The notes below the pieces were generated by a model. The model made no database searches, was not told the origin of the DNA, and saw only the letters and a program-made list of their open reading frames with translations. A stretch of DNA of 18,255 nt. Source: Candidatus Micrarchaeota archaeon. Lineage in GTDB: Archaea; Micrarchaeota; Micrarchaeia; Anstonellales; Anstonellaceae. Location: the NCBI GenBank assembly GCA_013331805.1, contig DUFS01000036.1, forward strand, positions 4,813 through 23,067. Reading direction: 5' to 3'. Both the position numbers and the translations under genes were made by a program. Shown here piece after piece: positions 1-8,240 of this stretch. Numbering within the stretch: the stretch's first letter is position 1; each line of letters starts with the position of its first letter.

Positions 1-1372
1 AAACCCTTTTTGCGAATTCACGGAGGAATTCGTCCAGCTTTTCGTTGGGTATGGTCGCCCCTGCCGCGATGTTGTGCCCTCCCCCGACTCCGCCAAGCCC
101 TGCGCAGACTTCAGAAAGGATTTTCCCAAGGTTCAGCCCCTCTGCCACCAATTTTTTTGTACCCCTTGTAGAAAGCTTGATGTTCCGAGCGGAACTCGCC
201 CGGCCCGTTCCACTTCTGGAAAAATCAGGCGATGATTTTTCCATGCCGGATTCCTCAAGCGACAGCGCCAGCACCGGTTTGTTCCTCGCGCCCGGGAAAA
301 GCATCCCTGCCACAACGCCAATAATCGAATCCGCAATGACCCCCCTGCCGTCAATCAGGATGAACTTGCCCAAATCCTGCGAGTTTTTCACTGCAAACTC
401 AATTCCAGCCCTGAGGTTCTTTCTATGTTCTGCAAGAAGTGCGCGGGCCGATTCATAGGCGCCAAGGCGCGAAAGGCATACATCCACCCCGAGTTCTGCC
501 CTGTCATTCCTGCCGCAGGCATTCAAGAGTGTGGAAAACTCAGATGCATCGCGAAGCTCGGTGCCCTCTTGTCGATTAAGGAGAGTAAAGACCTCGCCAG
601 TGAGCTTGCCAGCAGCCTCATGTGAAATCTTCAAAGACAGCAGATCAGCGAGTGCAGAAACCAGCTTCTTCTTTTCGTCCAGAGGCAAGTCCCCATAGGT
701 GCTCCACTTCTCCCCTTTCTTAAGCTCGATTCCAAGCTCGGACAGGAATTTGCAGCACTCGTCCTCATGCCCGGTAAGGCCTGGCAAATAAGGCCCGTCA
801 GCATAAAGCAAAAGCTGCGTCAAGGGCCGGCTGTTCCTTCCGAAAAGCAACAAGTCAACGGCCACTTCGACTTCCTTCTGCCCCACGGCAATGTCCAGCA
901 TTTTCTTATTCAGGCTGCGGAGGGGGTACTGTATGTCCCCAACCGCGCCCACCACGCCCAAGTCGGCCGACTCCCTGAAAACAAAAAATGCGCATCCGGC
1001 AGCTGAAAGCTCGCTCCCCCCGTCAAAGCCGAACAGATGAGGATTTGCCTGCAAATGCCCCTTTGCCAAGGGCTGGTGGTGGTCGATTATCAGGACGTTG
1101 TTCTTCATCTCATCCACAAACGCAGAGCCGCTTCCCAAATCCACAAAAATTACGGATTTTTCGCCCTTTATGGACTTAATGAACTCCTGGTCAAGCTTCC
1201 GGACGTTTTTTATCCGGTATTCCTTGCCATTTTTCTCAAACCACGAAGCCACGATCGAGCCGGAGGTTATTCCGTCGCAGTCATAGTGGTGGACAACCAG
1301 CGGCGTTTCCATTGCCAGGGCCGATTCCTTGGCCTCTTCACACCTCTGCAGGAAAGCTTTTGCGTCCCCCAT
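1..1372 (-). CDS. recJ: DHH-family phosphoesterase, archaeal RecJ/GAN (Cdc45-like) ssDNA exonuclease with C-terminal DHHA1 domain; 3' end runs off the window
   Basis: Translated by hand; absent from the ORF track because there is no stop in the window. ATG at 1372 gives MGDAKAFLQRCEEAK...VVHHYDCDGITSG (motif I)...IFVDLGSG (II)...LIIDHHQP (DHH)...VVGAVGDIQ (IV)...LLLFGRNSRPL...EFSTLLNACGR...IIGVVAGM...GGGHNIAAGATIP (DHHA1). The frame is open to base 2. Confidence 0.93.
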   Translation of the reverse strand, partial: MGDAKAFLQRCEEAKESALAMETPLVVHHYDCDGITSGSIVASWFEKNGKEYRIKNVRKLDQEFIKSIKGEKSVIFVDLGSGSAFVDEMKNNVLIIDHHQPLAKGHLQANPHLFGFDGGSELSAAGCAFFVFRESADLGVVGAVGDIQYPLRSLNKKMLDIAVGQKEVEVAVDLLLFGRNSRPLTQLLLYADGPYLPGLTGHEDECCKFLSELGIELKKGEKWSTYGDLPLDEKKKLVSALADLLSLKISHEAAGKLTGEVFTLLNRQEGTELRDASEFSTLLNACGRNDRAELGVDVCLSRLGAYESARALLAEHRKNLRAGIEFAVKNSQDLGKFILIDGRGVIADSIIGVVAGMLFPGARNKPVLALSLEESGMEKSSPDFSRSGTGRASSARNIKLSTRGTKKLVAEGLNLGKILSEVCAGLGGVGGGHNIAAGATIPNEKLDEFLREFAKRV

Positions 1373-1401
1373 AAATACACACCCTCTTTTGGCAAAATAC
1401 A

Positions 1402-1410
1402 TGTATAAAA
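1402..1410. promoter_or_regulatory. Putative shared TATA box of the divergent recJ / metallopeptidase pair
   Basis: TGTATAAAA (TTTTATACA on minus), about 24 nt before ATG 1434 and about 30 nt before ATG 1372 on the minus strand. Confidence 0.6.
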
Positions 1411-1433
1411 GGCAGCCTGCGCCAAACACAACC

Positions 1434-1862
1434 ATGGACGTTGAGATGGCCCCCGATGTTGAGAAAATGGTGTCCGACATCGTGGACACGCTTTCGTACG
1501 GGCACATAAACGAGTTTCGGATAATCTGCATGCGCTCGCGGAACGCCACTGCAAGCGCCTACGCCCGCATATGGAACCTGCCTGACATCTGGCAAAAGGC
1601 GCTTGGCGTGGGCACATTTTACATCATCGAAGTTCTTACGCAGCACTATGATCCCCTGCAGCAGGAAAAAAAGGAAAAGGTGCTGATACACGAGCTATTG
1701 CACATACCGAAAACCTTTTCCGGCGCGCTCCGCCCACACGGTGGCAAGGTGAAGATAAACGAGCAGATGGTGGGCAAGCTGCACAAGCTATATAAGGAGC
1801 GCAAGAAGCAGATTCAGGCTGCGTCCTCCAATCGCCTTGAAAGGGCAGAGGAGATGTTCTGA
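1434..1862 (+). CDS. Putative Zn-metallopeptidase (archaeal COG4900-like family)
   Basis: HEXXH motif in KVLIHELLHIPKTFSGALRPH, plus RSRNATASAYARIWNLPDIWQKAL and YIIEV, typical of this archaeal family. Start placed at ATG 1434 (MDVEMAPDV), just downstream of the TATA box. Confidence 0.8.
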   Translation: MDVEMAPDVEKMVSDIVDTLSYGHINEFRIICMRSRNATASAYARIWNLPDIWQKALGVGTFYIIEVLTQHYDPLQQEKKEKVLIHELLHIPKTFSGALRPHGGKVKINEQMVGKLHKLYKERKKQIQAASSNRLERAEEMF

Positions 1863-1867
1863 AAAAA

Positions 1868-1959
1868 GGTGCCACGATGAAAAACACCATAATCGGGCTT
1901 GGCAGGAGTGAATTCGGGCTGGTGCTGATATGAAAATCGGGATAATCGGGTTCGGGAGC
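1868..1959 (+). repeat. Degenerate direct duplication of the nadX 5' end, forming an 18-aa mini-ORF (1877-1933)
   Basis: ggtgc-cacg-atgaaaa-acacc-ataatcggg-cttggcag versus ggtgc-tgat-atgaaaa-tcggg-ataatcggg-ttcgggag, 53 nt apart. Peptides are MKNTIIGLGR versus MKIGIIGFGS. Confidence 0.65.
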
Positions 1960-2676
1960 ATCGGAAGCTTTCTTGCAAGGAATCTCAAAAGCGATGTTCT
2001 TTGGGTAATGGACAATTCGCCAGAGGCAAAAAAACGGTTCCTTTCCTCTAACTTGAAGTGCAAATTCTTCAGTTCTCTTCCCAAAAAAGCAGGCGGGGCT
2101 GCTCTCGTTGTGGAAGCCGCTTCGCAGCAGGCGGTTCCGCTGCTTTCCAAGTGCCTCCCCCGCTGCAGCGTCATGGTGATGTCCGTTGGCGCGCTTGCGG
2201 ACGACAAGCTGCGCATTTCTCTTCTGTCAATGGCGAAAAAGCACAAGCGATCAATATACATACCTTCTGGAGCAATAGGCGGAACAGACGCAATTTCAGC
2301 GCTCAACGGAAATCTGGAAACAGTGCTTCTCGAGACCACCAAGCCCCCTGCCTCGCTTGGGAGAAAAGACCAGAGGAGGGCGGCAGTATTCGAAGGAAGC
2401 GCAAGGGAGGCATGCGGGCTTTTTCCGCAAAACGTCAATGTCTCGGCAACACTTTCCCTTGCAGGCATAGGCTTTGACAGGACAATAGTGCGCATAGTGA
2501 GCGACCCGGACACAAGGGCGAACACGCACAAGATATTCGCGCGCTCCAAATCATGCACAATGGTCCTGGAGTTCGAGAACCTGCCTTCCGAGGAAAACCC
2601 GAAAACATCCGCGCTGGCGCTATCTTCAGCCCTTCGCAGGATAGAAAAGATGGATGAAACGCTTCAGATCGGTTGA
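1930..2676 (+). CDS. nadX: L-aspartate dehydrogenase (NAD biosynthesis)
   Basis: Rossmann motif IGIIGFGSIG; VVEAASQQAV, MSVGAL, IPSGAIGGTD, TTKPP, FEGSAREA...FPQNVNVSATLSLAG, NTHKI (catalytic His) and NPKTSALA are NadX signatures. Confidence 0.92.
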   Translation: MKIGIIGFGSIGSFLARNLKSDVLWVMDNSPEAKKRFLSSNLKCKFFSSLPKKAGGAALVVEAASQQAVPLLSKCLPRCSVMVMSVGALADDKLRISLLSMAKKHKRSIYIPSGAIGGTDAISALNGNLETVLLETTKPPASLGRKDQRRAAVFEGSAREACGLFPQNVNVSATLSLAGIGFDRTIVRIVSDPDTRANTHKIFARSKSCTMVLEFENLPSEENPKTSALALSSALRRIEKMDETLQIG

Positions 2677-2692
2677 CAACGGAGTTGATCCA

Positions 2693-3508
2693 ATGATAAT
2701 CGGCGCAATGAACAGCCCGAAAAACAGCCTGGTTGAGGAAATTCAGCTTTTTGGGGAAATGGGCTTTGACTTCGTCGAGGTCACGATCGAGCACCCTTCA
2801 GCCACCCCTGAGAAAATAATGGCAAATAAAAAAACAATCATGGATGCTTTCCACTCCTATAACTTCGGTGTTCTCACACATTACCCTTGGTATTTTTCAG
2901 TGGCGCATCCCTACTCCAGAATACAGGACGCAATAGTCCAGGAGTTTGCCAAGGCATTTGACGCAGCATCAGAGCTCGGGGCAAAAAAAGCCACCATCCA
3001 CACCGAGTTTTTGCCTTCCGGGATCCAGGACAGGCCGATCCATGTTGCAAAAACAATTGAAACAGTGAAAAGACTTTCCAAGGAGGCGTCCGAGCGAGGG
3101 CTGCAGCTTCTGATCGAGAACTTCAACCAGGGTTCGTTTTCGATAAAGGAGTTCAAAACGCTCTTTTCCGAGCTTGACATAGGCATGACCCTGGACATCG
3201 GGCACGCCTCCACTTCCGAGGGAGAGGGCATGAACAACTACCTCGCGCAGTTCAAGAAAAGGATTTCGCACGTGCACCTGCATGACAACGACCGGCGTTC
3301 TGACCAGCACCTTCCTCTTGGCGCTGGCAAAATCGACATGCCCAAGGCGGTTTCCGAGCTCAAGTCCTTTTACGACGGCACAATCACGCTTGAAATACAC
3401 TCTTCAGATCGGGAATACCTGAAAATCGGCAAGGACAAGCTGGAAATCCTCTGGTACGGCCGCGAGCACCATGAAAGGAACAAGAACTACCAACAGCCGA
3501 AAAAATAG
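2693..3508 (+). CDS. Sugar-phosphate isomerase/epimerase / AP-endonuclease-2 family TIM-barrel metalloenzyme
   Basis: GFDFVE, TIH, LLIENF, TLDIGHA, HVHLHDN, DQHLPLGAGKID and ITLEIH form the metal-binding pattern. Start placed at ATG 2693 behind an SD-like GGAGTTGA; the track's 2654 start overlaps nadX. Confidence 0.85.
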   Translation: MIIGAMNSPKNSLVEEIQLFGEMGFDFVEVTIEHPSATPEKIMANKKTIMDAFHSYNFGVLTHYPWYFSVAHPYSRIQDAIVQEFAKAFDAASELGAKKATIHTEFLPSGIQDRPIHVAKTIETVKRLSKEASERGLQLLIENFNQGSFSIKEFKTLFSELDIGMTLDIGHASTSEGEGMNNYLAQFKKRISHVHLHDNDRRSDQHLPLGAGKIDMPKAVSELKSFYDGTITLEIHSSDREYLKIGKDKLEILWYGREHHERNKNYQQPKK

Positions 3509-3568
3509 GGAGCTGCTTTTTCCGGAAGCTTTGCGATGAAGCGCGAATACCGGCAGCCGAAAAAATAG
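3488..3568 (+). repeat. Direct repeat of the TIM-barrel gene 3' end, 60 nt period
   Basis: tacCAAcagccgaaaaaatag (3488-3508) and tacCGGcagccgaaaaaatag (3548-3568); 15 bp identical at 3494-3508 and 3554-3568. Confidence 0.85.
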
Positions 3569-5413
3569 CTAATTTTTCCTTTTGAATATTTCCTGCGCCT
3601 CGGTTGCGTCCACCCTCAGCCTGTATGCTGCCATCAAGCCCTTCAAATCAAGCTTCTCATCAGAAATCAGCTTTTCAAGCGCCTTTCCAGTGATTTTTTC
3701 CAGGTTGAGTTCCCTAGCTGCGTCTTCCGGCCCAAGCGCTGGGTTCCTGCACATTGCCCGAAGTATCATAGCCATTGCGGACTTTGCAAAAATGTTTTTC
3801 CTGGCTGCTGCAAATGCCGAAAGCAGCCTCGGCTCGTCAAGCGCCTTGACATTCTCCTCCTCGCGCTTCAGGCTCTGCAATGTGTTGGTGAGCGTTGATG
3901 CAACCAGCTTTGCATCGGTTCCTTCTTTCGTCGCTTGCGCAAACAGGGAAAGCTCGGGCGTCTGCGCAATGAGCTTGAATGAAGGGTTGTGCGAAAGCAA
4001 TCCTTTTGCAGAGGCAAGCTGCGATGCAAGCTCATCATTCACGTTTGAGAGAAGCTCCTCCTGCTTTTCCTCCATTTTCCTGGTTGCAGCCGCAGCCTTT
4101 GCAGCTTCCGCAAGCATTTCCTTTGTGATTTCAATGGGCGGCAGGTCTGTTTCAGGATAAAGCCTTGCCTTGCCAGGAAGCGGGCGAAGATACGAAGAGG
4201 TGCCGTCAGGATTGGCCTTGCGGGTCTCCTCAGGCACTCCGAAATAATTCGCCCTGCAGGTGACTTCTGAAAGCGCGGACTGGCATTTCCTGTGCTCGCC
4301 TGCCACCATTGCGAATGCGTCGGAAGCGCCCACTCCAAGCGCCACCTTTGCCTCTGCAATTTCATCATCCGAAAAGCCGTATTTTGCAAGATCCTCGTCA
4401 GAATGTATCAGCCCGGAAATGCCTGCAGCCCTAGCATAATCCGAAAGCTCGGTTCCGAATCTCCTGTTTGGCGCAATCTCCTTTCCAAGGAGCGCAGAAT
4501 GTCCGTCCAGTTTCATTCCCAGGACTTTCCCTCCGTTTTTGATGGATTTGGAAACCAGCTGGGATTTGGTACCGGAAAAAACATCAGTAAGGTCCACAAA
4601 AACCAAAGCGATTTCCTTGTTGCCCAGCCTCCTTTTCGCCTCTCCTGAAATTTCCAGCACTCTCTTCTGCCGCTCAACTTCAATGCCAATTGTTTTTTCC
4701 ACCATGTCAAGTGCCTGGACGCCCTTTATCTCCACGCGCGCGCCCTCTGGAATGGAAACGTTCAAATCCTGCCTGATGGTCCCGATTCCGCGCTGCACCA
4801 GGCCGGTTTTCCTAAGCAGCGTGCCTATTGCCAGCGCTGCCTGCTCAGCCTCTTTTCCGGATTTCAAGTCAGGAGCTGTTGCGATCTCCACAAGCGGGAT
4901 GCCCAGCCTTCCCAGATCGTAAGCTGCGCGGCTCTCCCTGCCCTCAATTATCCCCGCACTTTCCTCCTCTATGCAGATGGACTGTATTTCCAGCTTGCCA
5001 GAAGGCGTTTCCACTGCCCCTCCCAGGCCTGCAACCGCAGTTCTCTGGAAGCCGCTGGTATTGCTGCCGTCAATCACGTGCTTGCGCATCACATGCAGCC
5101 TGTCAACCGGCTTTGAGTGAAGAAGCGTGCAAAACACCAGGACAGCGTGCAGTGCCTCCCGGTTCATCATATGAGGCGGCTCCTCGTCTGCCTCAACCAG
5201 GCAGGAGCATTCCCGCGGCGCTGAGTACTGGAACTCCCTGCTTCGGATCGCCTCCAGCCGCGAGGCTGCGTCGATTTCTCCGAGTTCTGAGAGCACTGCG
5301 TGCTGCTTCCTTGAGAACTGCGCGCCCTGCTGCCCTTCCGATTCCCTTGGCAGGCAGCCGCAAAAGAGCTTCTTTCCAAAAATCCGCTGGTGAATTTCAA
5401 TCCCGCACTTCAT
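3569..5413 (-). CDS. gatE: Glu-tRNA(Gln) amidotransferase subunit E
   Basis: MKCGIEIHQ..KLFC, SELGEID, CLVEADEEPPH, MRKHVIDGSNTSGFQRT, RLGIPLVEIAT, RGIGTIRQDLNVSI, AspRS-like insertion (GLIHSDE), GVPEETR, RPLPGKARLYPETD. Real start is ATG 5413. Confidence 0.97.
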   Translation of the reverse strand: MKCGIEIHQRIFGKKLFCGCLPRESEGQQGAQFSRKQHAVLSELGEIDAASRLEAIRSREFQYSAPRECSCLVEADEEPPHMMNREALHAVLVFCTLLHSKPVDRLHVMRKHVIDGSNTSGFQRTAVAGLGGAVETPSGKLEIQSICIEEESAGIIEGRESRAAYDLGRLGIPLVEIATAPDLKSGKEAEQAALAIGTLLRKTGLVQRGIGTIRQDLNVSIPEGARVEIKGVQALDMVEKTIGIEVERQKRVLEISGEAKRRLGNKEIALVFVDLTDVFSGTKSQLVSKSIKNGGKVLGMKLDGHSALLGKEIAPNRRFGTELSDYARAAGISGLIHSDEDLAKYGFSDDEIAEAKVALGVGASDAFAMVAGEHRKCQSALSEVTCRANYFGVPEETRKANPDGTSSYLRPLPGKARLYPETDLPPIEITKEMLAEAAKAAAATRKMEEKQEELLSNVNDELASQLASAKGLLSHNPSFKLIAQTPELSLFAQATKEGTDAKLVASTLTNTLQSLKREEENVKALDEPRLLSAFAAARKNIFAKSAMAMILRAMCRNPALGPEDAARELNLEKITGKALEKLISDEKLDLKGLMAAYRLRVDATEAQEIFKRKN

Positions 5414-5433
5414 GGTAAAACACTTCCGAAAAT

Positions 5434-6756
5434 TCAGTAGCCTGCCATCTCGCTTCGCTCGGTTATTTCGCCAACCAGGCTCCTTTCCACAAGCTCCTTT
5501 ACCTTCGCCATCTTCTTTTCCCGCGCCAGCACCCACATAAGTTTAACATAGGCCGTTTCGGGGGTCATGTCGCAGAGATTGCCAATTATGCCAGCCTCAA
5601 GAAGCGCACGCTGGTTGGTGTAGACATTCATATCCACCCTGCCATAAATTGTCTGGGAAGGCATCACCACCGGTATTCCGCTATCGATGAGCGACCTGAC
5701 TGAAGAAAGAAGGGGTATTGAATCAGGATTGCCTGCAAGGTTGACCGGCAGGTGCCCGAGCCCAAAGCCGACCAGCACCACCCCGTCATACTTTGAAAGG
5801 GACGAGATCTCCTTAGGATCCATGCCAGGGTACGCATACCTGAGCGCAACATTTGTGTTCAGCTTGGCATCCACCCTGAATTTTCCGCCCGGCTTCCTTG
5901 AAGGGCACCGCTCGGAAAGTTTCTCGATCTTTTCAGAAGCCGCAAACACCCTGGCAGCAGGAAAAGTGTTTATCGAGCGGAACGCGTCCCTGCGCGAGGT
6001 GTGCATCTTCCTCACCTTTGTCCCGAAATGGAGAAGGCAGGAGTCGTCGGACATGTTTTCATGCATGCAGACGAAGACCCCGGAAATATCGGCATTTGCC
6101 GCAACCATCGCAGAATGAATGTTCACCTCTGCATCAGACGAGCCCCGATCCGAGCTTCGCTGGCTTCCCGTAAGCACCACCGGGCAGGGCAAGTCCTGCA
6201 GCATGAATGAAAGCGCGGATGAAGTATAGTGCATTAGGTCGGTCCCGTGCGTGAGCACCACGCCGTTCGCGCCATCCTTTAATTCATCCGAAACAGCCTC
6301 TGCGATTTTTTGCCAGTGCGCTGGCGCCATGTCCTCCGAAGCGATTGAAAAGAGGGTCTGGGGCTTTATCCGGAACTTGGCAAGCGCAGGCAGGCTCTCG
6401 ATAAGCTCTTTGGGGCTGGTGGTGGGGTAAACTGCGCCTGTCCTGTAGTCTATCTTGTTCACTATCGTCCCGCCGCAGCCGACAAGGGAAATATACGGCT
6501 TGGCAACCTTGATTTTCTCATTGTCCGCCTTCCTGTTTCCAAGAAGCGATGCAGAGCCTTTTTCCACAAGTTCGACCGATGCAATTCTGGCCTTTCTTAT
6601 CCCTATGTTATAGCCAGTTGCCAGTTTCAGCGTGACAAAGCCTTCATCCTTCTCTGAAGAAGGCAACAGGACCCCCAGGTGTTCCTCGCTTTCGCACCTG
6701 ACTATCACTTCGTCGCCTGGCTGTGCAGGCGATGCGGCTTTCCTTGCCTTTGGCAT
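5434..6756 (-). CDS. gatD: Glu-tRNA(Gln) amidotransferase subunit D
   Basis: N-terminal domain LKLATGYNIGI; asparaginase motifs GGTI, HGTD, GSQRSSDRGSSD, RKMHTSRRDAF, DMTPETAYVKLMW; adjacent to gatE. Start ATG 6756 (MPKARK). Confidence 0.97.
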   Translation of the reverse strand: MPKARKAASPAQPGDEVIVRCESEEHLGVLLPSSEKDEGFVTLKLATGYNIGIRKARIASVELVEKGSASLLGNRKADNEKIKVAKPYISLVGCGGTIVNKIDYRTGAVYPTTSPKELIESLPALAKFRIKPQTLFSIASEDMAPAHWQKIAEAVSDELKDGANGVVLTHGTDLMHYTSSALSFMLQDLPCPVVLTGSQRSSDRGSSDAEVNIHSAMVAANADISGVFVCMHENMSDDSCLLHFGTKVRKMHTSRRDAFRSINTFPAARVFAASEKIEKLSERCPSRKPGGKFRVDAKLNTNVALRYAYPGMDPKEISSLSKYDGVVLVGFGLGHLPVNLAGNPDSIPLLSSVRSLIDSGIPVVMPSQTIYGRVDMNVYTNQRALLEAGIIGNLCDMTPETAYVKLMWVLAREKKMAKVKELVERSLVGEITERSEMAGY

Positions 6757-6780
6757 ATTCCCGCATTTTGCAATCGAGCA

Positions 6781-6786
6781 TTTAAA
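6781..6786. promoter_or_regulatory. Palindromic TTTAAA TATA box shared by divergent gatD and the DRG GTPase gene
   Basis: 24-25 nt from both ATGs (6756 on minus, 6812 on plus). Confidence 0.65.
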
Positions 6787-6811
6787 GGGTTTTCCAACAC
6801 CACTATTCAAC

Positions 6812-7900
6812 ATGGGAATAGAAGAGAAGCTGAAAGAGCTCGAGGACGAGATGGCTCGCACTCAGAAGAACAAGGCAACCGAGTACCACATCGGCATACT
6901 CAAGGCTAAGATTGCAGCCCTCAGGCGCGAAATAATCGCCCCAAAAAGATCCGGAGTGCGCACAGGCGGCTTTGACGTAAAGAAGAGCGGAGATGCCACA
7001 GTCGTGTTCATCGGCCTTCCCTCAGTCGGAAAATCCACCCTGCTCAATGCACTGACAGGATCCAAATCCAAGGTCGCCTCCTACGCTTTCACCACGCTCA
7101 CCTGCATACCAGGGGTGATGGAGTACAAGGGCGCAAAGATACAGCTTCTCGACCTTCCAGGAATCATAGTCGGGGCAAAGGAGGGCAAGGGCAGGGGCAA
7201 GGAGGTGCTCGCCGTTGCAAGGAACGCCGACCTGGTCCTTATACTGCTGGACGTCTTCCAGCCCGGCATACTCCCAAAAATCAAGGAGGAGTTGGGAGGC
7301 ATTGGCATGCGCCTGGACGAGCCCCCTCCTCAGATATACCTTACCAAAAAGCTTCGCGGAGGGGTGGAGATAAATTCAACAGTCAAGCTCACCCATCTCG
7401 ACGAAAGGATGATACTGGGCGTTCTCAATGAATACGGGATACACAATGCGTCAATAGTGCTCCGCGAGGATGCGACTGTGGAGCAGCTCATAGACGTGCT
7501 TGCTGCAAACCGCCGCTACAGCCGCCTGCTTGTCGTCTTAAACAAGGTGGACATGGTGAGCGACCAGTACTTGAAGCAGATACAGTTTGACTTCGTGCCC
7601 GTGTCAGCGGAAAAGGGCAAGAACATAGAGGAATTGCGCGAGGCAATTTATCAGAAACTCGCTCTCATCCGCGTGTACACCAAGCCCAGGACGGAATCAG
7701 CGGACCTGAAGGAGCCCATGATGATGCGCTCAGGCTCGACCATTGAGGATGCCTGCAGCCGCCTGCACCGCGACCTTGCCCGCGACTTCAAGTATGCTCT
7801 TGTCTGGGGCAAGTCTGCCAAATTCCCAGGGCAAAAGGTGGGGCTGCAGCACATTCTTGTCGACGGAGACATATTCACCATAGTAAAGAAGCAGGGCTGA
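6812..7900 (+). CDS. drg: DRG/Rbg-family (OBG superfamily) GTPase with TGS domain
   Basis: TQKNKATEYHIGILKAKIA, G1 GLPSVGKST, YAFTTLT, G3 DLPGI, G4 NKVD, C-terminal TGS (VWGKSAKFPGQKVG). Start ATG 6812. Confidence 0.95.
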   Translation: MGIEEKLKELEDEMARTQKNKATEYHIGILKAKIAALRREIIAPKRSGVRTGGFDVKKSGDATVVFIGLPSVGKSTLLNALTGSKSKVASYAFTTLTCIPGVMEYKGAKIQLLDLPGIIVGAKEGKGRGKEVLAVARNADLVLILLDVFQPGILPKIKEELGGIGMRLDEPPPQIYLTKKLRGGVEINSTVKLTHLDERMILGVLNEYGIHNASIVLREDATVEQLIDVLAANRRYSRLLVVLNKVDMVSDQYLKQIQFDFVPVSAEKGKNIEELREAIYQKLALIRVYTKPRTESADLKEPMMMRSGSTIEDACSRLHRDLARDFKYALVWGKSAKFPGQKVGLQHILVDGDIFTIVKKQG

Positions 7901-7929
7901 GGACAATAGATTAAATACAGGCGGGGTCC

Positions 7930-8232
7930 CTAATTTTTCTTTCCTTTCTTCTGCATCTTCTTCACCCAGCCAGGCAGCTTGGAGGGGGTTTTTGAAAAAT
8001 CTACGAAGCTGACCTCGGTTCCTCGCTGTTCTGCGTGAACAAGCGGGGTGCCGTCATCCTTGGAAAGTGTGTATGAAGTTGAATCAGGCTTTATTGCAAG
8101 CGTCATCTTCTGCTTTTTTCCAACAATGTCAAACTCAAAGCTGAAGTTCTGTCCGTCCTTAGAAACACGGACCTCCTTTATCTTGTCCCACGGAATATCG
8201 GTTGAGAGCGGAAATCTTGTTGGTGCGTTCAT
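7930..8232 (-). CDS. Hypothetical protein (100 aa, beta-rich, PH-like motif IPWDKIKEVRV)
   Basis: Clean ORF convergent with drg, natural amino-acid composition, weak SD-like AGGT upstream. No confident family. Confidence 0.65.
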   Translation of the reverse strand: MNAPTRFPLSTDIPWDKIKEVRVSKDGQNFSFEFDIVGKKQKMTLAIKPDSTSYTLSKDDGTPLVHAEQRGTEVSFVDFSKTPSKLPGWVKKMQKKGKKN

Positions 8233-8240
8233 AAAAATAC

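Noticed and set aside
175..260. Canonical bulge-helix-bulge intron in recJ
   Set aside because: The pairing gives a 4x3 internal loop rather than the 3-4-3 geometry, and the frame is open without splicing. Kept only as a palindromic insertion.
45..1408. Several short plus-strand ORFs in the track (45-458, 425-625, 767-1006, 1037-1408 and others)
   Set aside because: They are antisense shadows of the minus-strand recJ/GAN gene, which has a complete motif set.
3506..3568. Pyrrolysine or amber recoding at the TIM-barrel stop
   Set aside because: Many genes here end cleanly in TAG at the expected positions, no internal TAG interrupts conserved domains, and no pyl genes are visible.
5449..5462. 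CTCGCTTCGCTCGG, resembling REP-like GAGCGAAGCGAG repeats
   Set aside because: Single copy that encodes the normal GatD C-terminal ITERSE; explained by coding.
6230..6485. GatD motif variants (GCGGTI, HGTDLM) as a sign of inactivation
   Set aside because: The catalytic Thr, Thr-Asp and Lys positions are retained; the substitutions are at adjacent positions.
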